From Candidatus Poribacteria bacterium (GTDB taxonomy: Bacteria > Poribacteria > WGA-4E > WGA-3G): 64,000 bases of DNA. The first letter of the stretch is position 1, and each line of letters opens with the position of its first letter. Position numbers and translations under genes: made by a program. The stretch spans positions 4,256,001-4,320,000 of the forward strand of contig CAXXLX010000001.1 in assembly GCA_963665235.2 (NCBI GenBank), given 5' to 3'. Positions 59,495 through 64,000 of the stretch are shown one piece after another. Below the pieces are notes generated by a model. That model searched no databases and had not been told where the DNA came from. It worked only from the letters and a program-made list of their open reading frames with translations.

Positions 59495-60121
59495 TTAATC
59501 TGAATAGTTGCATGAGACTTCTTTGTTGAAAAAAATCGGGTCATGCCAATAACATCCGACACACGTTCCATTGTATAATCCATTACCACGCACTTGGCTA
59601 ACTTGATAACCTAAGCGTTTCGCGTCAAAACGCTGCCCTGTCTCTCGACACTCAACACAATGTTGTCTCTTGGCATAATTAGCAGCCTTCGATAGTGGTT
59701 GAAAATCATCAAGTGTTACCTGATTTGCGTCACTCAGCCTCGGGTCGTCCAGTCTTCCGTCTTTATGGTCACACTCTGGACCACTTGTTCCCAATACAAC
59801 ACAGCGTTGTGCCCTCACCTCCTCTCTAATGTTATTGGGTATTGGCTTTTCAGTAACCGGGACTTTTCTAAAGCCTTGCAACTCAACGTGAGTTATTTTA
59901 CCTCTGCCTTCAGGGTGGCGGCGAATATTGTAATATCGTGATAAACTACCGTCTTTGCGTATCCAATCACCCCCGTTTCCAAACTGGAGTGATGCATATT
60001 TTCCTACAAATTCTGTAACTGGAACTGGACAGCTGAAACCGAGATCATCTGGTTTAGCAAGCTGAATAAACAGCGCAGGCTTGCTTCCTTTTCTAAACTG
60101 AGAGCCTTGATCGTTACTCAT
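59495..60121 (-). CDS. NlaIII/IceA1-like HNH restriction endonuclease
   Basis: LF..LA.PD..G.S, GNGG.W.R, DHKDGR.DD, DFQPL, KRQ.C..C..TG.RFDA and CVGCY..DP motifs. Confidence 0.8.
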   Translation of the reverse strand: MSNDQGSQFRKGSKPALFIQLAKPDDLGFSCPVPVTEFVGKYASLQFGNGGDWIRKDGSLSRYYNIRRHPEGRGKITHVELQGFRKVPVTEKPIPNNIREEVRAQRCVVLGTSGPECDHKDGRLDDPRLSDANQVTLDDFQPLSKAANYAKRQHCVECRETGQRFDAKRLGYQVSQVRGNGLYNGTCVGCYWHDPIFFNKEVSCNYSD

Positions 60122-60815
60122 TCTCAATCCTCTCTTGTGAAATTTTCGCATAATTGGAATCTATATCACATCCTGCAAACCTTCGGAAATTTCTGACGGC
60201 AGCAACACCTGTAGTTCCTGCTCCAAGGAATGGGTCCACAACAAGATCGCCCTGGTTACTGTGCTTGCGCACTAAATCCTCAAATAACTCTAAGGGTTTT
60301 TGTGTAGGGTGTTGTCTTTTACCCTTATGTCGAGGGATTGGATATTCATAGATACCAGAGTCATACTGGCTATGGAAAGTAGGTGTACCAACTTTGACCC
60401 CTGCAACAGCCATTTCTCGACTGTTAGAAAGATAAGTAGAGCGCATATTTAACGGGACAGGGTTGGTTTTCTGCCAGATAATCTGGCGAATCATTTTAAA
60501 TCCTGCTAACTCCATAGCCTCTTTTACCTTACCTATCTTCCAAAGATCATACCACACGATGGCAGTTCCGCCACGACGCAAGGATTTATAAAACACCCTT
60601 GCCATCGCTTCGAGATTTATCTCAACGTGATCCCATACACCGAAGTCCATACTAACGGCGAATTTCTTTTCACCGTTCACCACTGCCGAAAATCCTGTTT
60701 TTTTACTAATGCAATATGGTGGATCTGTTAAGATAAGGTCTACTGATCCAGCCGGTAACGAATCCATAAATTCATGATAATCAGATACTTTGACGCTAAA
60801 TTCTGTAAAGGGCAT
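60114..60815 (-). CDS. Beta-class N4/N6 DNA methyltransferase
   Basis: TDPPY, HPTQKP and DPFLGAGTT motifs. Stop overlaps the endonuclease start. Confidence 0.9.
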   Translation of the reverse strand: MPFTEFSVKVSDYHEFMDSLPAGSVDLILTDPPYCISKKTGFSAVVNGEKKFAVSMDFGVWDHVEINLEAMARVFYKSLRRGGTAIVWYDLWKIGKVKEAMELAGFKMIRQIIWQKTNPVPLNMRSTYLSNSREMAVAGVKVGTPTFHSQYDSGIYEYPIPRHKGKRQHPTQKPLELFEDLVRKHSNQGDLVVDPFLGAGTTGVAAVRNFRRFAGCDIDSNYAKISQERIENE

Positions 60816-61229
60816 AGTTGTCTTCTCTCTTATTTAACCCAAGTTGCTAGTTAATAGTATGGTTTGGACAGTTTCATCTTTGCCTTTCATTATTTTTCCA
60901 CTTTTTTGCTGCTAGCCCACCTACTACGCAGACGGTCTTTACCGTGCAGTACTGGTATCCGTCGCCAGCAGTCCGCGCTTAATCAACGCGTTAATTTGAT
61001 TTTACACTAAGAGTATAACATATATTTTGCTACTTGTCAAGTGAAAATATAAAAAAATGGGTGTGTAAAGTTTTTGTACTATGATAGAGGGAAGAATGAA
61101 AGATTGGATTTCGCGTGTGTGTTGTCTGAATGCACATCGCATTTGGGCGAGTACACCGCAAATCGCGGATTATCGCGGAGGACACGGAAGACGCGGAGTT
61201 TAAGAGGTGTCCGCCTATCTAAAAAGGTA

Positions 61230-62065
61230 TCGCGTGCACAGCACGCTCCTACAGAGGAAAAGAGGGCGCGTGCACAGCACGCTCCTACAGAGGAGAAGAG
61301 GGCGCGTCACAGCACGCTCCTACAGAGGAAAAGAGGGCGCGTCACAGCACACTCCTACAGAGGAGAAGCGGTCGCGTGCACGCGTACAGAGGAGAAGCGG
61401 TCGCGCACAGCACGCTCCTACAGAGGAGAAGAGGGCGCGTGCACAGCACGCTCCTACAGAGGAAAAGAGGGCGCGTCACAGCACGCTCCTACAGAGGAGA
61501 AGAGGGCGCGTCACAGCACGCTCCTACAGAGGAAAAGAGGGCGCGTCACAGCACACTCCTACAGAGGAGAAGAGGGCGCGTCACAGCACGCTCCTACAGA
61601 GGAAAAGAGGGCGCGTGCACAGCACACTCCTACAGAGGAGAAGAGGGCGCGTGCACAGCACGCTCCTACAGAGGAAAAGAGGGCGCGTGCACAGCACACT
61701 CCTACAGAGGAGAAGAGGGCGCGTGCACAGCACACTCCTACAGAGGAAAAGAGGGCGCGTGCACAGCACACTCCTACAGAGGAAAAGAGGGCGCGTGCAC
61801 AGCACGCTCCTACAGAGGAAAAGAGGGCGCGTGCACAGCACACTCCTACAGAGGAGAAGAGGGCGCGTGCACAGCACACTCCTACAGAGGAAAAGAGGGC
61901 GCGTGCACAGCACACTCCTACAGAGGAAAAGAGGGCGCGTGCACAGCACGCTCCTACAGAGGAGAAGAGGGCGCGTGCACAGCACGCTCCTACAGAGGAA
62001 AAGAGGGCGCGTCACAGCACGCTCCTACAGAGGAAAAGAGGGCGCGTCACAGCACACTCCTACAG
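61230..62065. repeat. Tandem array of ~25 REP-like 32-33-bp units
   Basis: GAGGGCGCGT(G)CACAGCAC(G/A)CTCCTACAGAGGA(A/G)AA repeated head-to-tail with no unique spacers. Confidence 0.92.
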
Positions 62066-62158
62066 AAATGACCCTGAAGATGTTTAAATATTAGATTGCA
62101 CAATTAAGGTGAAATGTGGTATGATAACAGCATCAACGTCTAAAGGAGGGATCTAGCA

Positions 62159-63010
62159 ATGAATCAACACAATTTCAACCTTACCGATTCGGAGATTAAT
62201 TTTTTCAAGACGTTCGGTTACCTCAGTTTTCCACAACTGATGGCGGACCGAATTCAAGCAATTCAGGATGCATTTGAAACCGTCTGGATGGAACGCGGCG
62301 GGGGCCACAACGGTAAACCTCACGAAGGCAAAGCACGCTCCTGCATTGTGCCCTTCATCGATCAGAGTGAAGAGCTATCATCGCTGTTAGATGACCCGCG
62401 AATTCTAGCGATTGCAAAAACACTGCTCGGCGACGATTTTAACTACATGGGAAGTGATGGCAACTTCTACGTCGGCGATACGGGGTGGCATTCAGATGGT
62501 GGGCATAAGTTGGAAGACCCGATGCATATCAAAATCGCTTTCTATCTTGATCCGCTCACGCGTGACACCGGAGCACTTCGCGTTATTCCGGGGAGCCATC
62601 TCTTCGGGGATAACTATGCGGATGGACTCAGTCAGCAGATTGGAAGAAGTCAAGAGACGTGGGAGTTGCACGGTAAAGATGTACCAGCAGTTATCTTTGA
62701 AACAACCCCCGGCGATCTGGTGCTGTTCAACCATAACACGAAACATGCAGCGTTCGGGGGCGGAACACGTAGGCGTATGTTTACGATGAATCTCTGTGAG
62801 CGGTATCCAGAGCACAAGTTGGATGCCTTGCGCGCCTATATTAGCGGTGCCGCACGTTTCTGGATTGACCGCAAATATGGCGAGAAGATGGTGAACACAG
62901 CAACACCAGAAAGACAGATACACCTTGAACAGGGAATGGCGAACGATGGACACCTCGCGGAACTTTCACGGCAAGCCAAGGAACGTATGAGTGAACCGTC
63001 ACGCGGATGA
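62159..63010 (+). CDS. Phytanoyl-CoA dioxygenase (PhyH) family protein
   Basis: F...GYL, WHSD, GALRVIPGSH and PGDLVLF...H motifs. Confidence 0.9.
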   Translation: MNQHNFNLTDSEINFFKTFGYLSFPQLMADRIQAIQDAFETVWMERGGGHNGKPHEGKARSCIVPFIDQSEELSSLLDDPRILAIAKTLLGDDFNYMGSDGNFYVGDTGWHSDGGHKLEDPMHIKIAFYLDPLTRDTGALRVIPGSHLFGDNYADGLSQQIGRSQETWELHGKDVPAVIFETTPGDLVLFNHNTKHAAFGGGTRRRMFTMNLCERYPEHKLDALRAYISGAARFWIDRKYGEKMVNTATPERQIHLEQGMANDGHLAELSRQAKERMSEPSRG

Positions 63011-63830
63011 TGCCTGTTGCCACGTCTGCCGGACAAAAGCGGTGGCTTGTTCAAAACCTTCCTGTCCTAAACGACTGGCTTCCTCAATGCTGAGCCATCC
63101 ATTGTAACCTGCTTGTCGCATGCGGGAAAAGACTTGCGGAATCGGGGCGGCACCTGTGCCGACACGGACCGGCACGAACGTTCCCGCTGCTTCCATATCG
63201 AAAACGTGAAGTACGACAACGCGTTCAATGACTTTCTCCAAAAGTCCGAGCACATCTTCATTGAGGACGAGTGGGTTGGCGGTGTCAAAGCAGACACCGA
63301 GTGGCGTGTCAGCGAGGGCATCTAGGATTTCTAAGAAAATCTCTGTCCGTTGTGAGAAATCCCAATAATCCCACGGCGCGCCTTTGGTATGATTCTCATA
63401 GGCGAGGGTAATGCCGTGTCGTTCCGCTTCGTCAAGGGCATATCGGAATCCATCTGTAACCCAGCGCACCCCCGTTGTGTGTTGGGTACCGGGATGGTTT
63501 TGTCCGGCAGTTCACGCGAACAAACTTCGCGCCTAACGCCTTTGCAAGGACAATGTCCGCCTTCAGTTCGGTTAATTCTTGGGCGCGGTGTGTTGCATCA
63601 GGGTGTGTGAAGTCGGAATAGCAGGCGAGCATGCACGGTTCGATGCTATATTTTTCCAGAGCAGCGCGAGTGGTGTTTACTGTTTCAGCGTCGCGCTGTG
63701 GGAAAAATTTGATGCTAAAATCAACGCCATCCAGTCCTAATTTTGCCCCCAATTGAATCCATTCGACAACGGTGCTTTTTCCGCTGAAAATAGCATCGTA
63801 AAGAGAGACAGGGAGACAACTGAGTTTCAT
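62999..63830 (-). pseudogene. Sugar phosphate isomerase/epimerase with a 1-nt insertion near 63512
   Basis: Two overlapping ORFs. Removing one A restores VRVTAGQNHPG. YENH, FDTAN and GWLSIEE motifs. Confidence 0.8.
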
Positions 63831-63877
63831 GGTCTTGTTATGTGTTGTAGATGGGGTTTGAAACGTCGCTTATACTG

Positions 63878-64000
63878 CTATTCGTCAAGCCAGCTCATCA
63901 TACTGCGTAGATTTTTGCCGACCTCTTCAATCTGCAATTCCGCTTCCTGTCTTCGGAGTGCGCGGAGGACAGGTTGATTCGCTTCGTTTTCCAGCACCCA
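63878..64000 (-). CDS. ilvC: Ketol-acid reductoisomerase, C-terminal end (partial)
   Basis: My translation [40 protein letters not shown] matches the short-chain IlvC C-terminus. Confidence 0.85.
   Translation of the reverse strand, partial: WVLENEANQPVLRALRRQEAELQIEEVGKNLRSMMSWLDE

Noticed and set aside
61074-62094. Long ORFs in several frames, or a CRISPR array
   Set aside because: The ORFs are translations of a stop-free tandem repeat. There are no unique spacers and no cas genes.

Overview
Bacterial genomic DNA, most likely Candidatus Poribacteria. This is an inference from the LamG and TolB-like proteins ending in a shared V-x-[PAH]-x-x-K-[LV]-x-x-x-W-[GA]-x-[LI]-K motif, together with a sulfatase, a PhyH dioxygenase and abundant GTAG-type REP/MITE repeats. 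Most of the window is catabolic, transport and housekeeping genes (ggt, sulfatase, two RND pumps, hisA, ABC sugar transport, PL2-like lyase, ilvC 3' end), mixed with decaying toxin-antitoxin, AAA-ATPase and restriction-modification modules and many non-autonomous IS derivatives. The standout region is 53.46-59.26 kb. A Ro60/TROVE (Rsr) gene is preceded by four tandem pairs of Y-RNA-like modules, each an A module with a permuted tRNA-like domain plus a short B module. Two copies of a ~450-nt structured RNA with clear compensatory base changes (ROOL-like by my recall, unverified) sit in the same array. One copy lies inside the Ro-binding stem of the fourth A module. All family calls come from motif recognition only; no searches were run.
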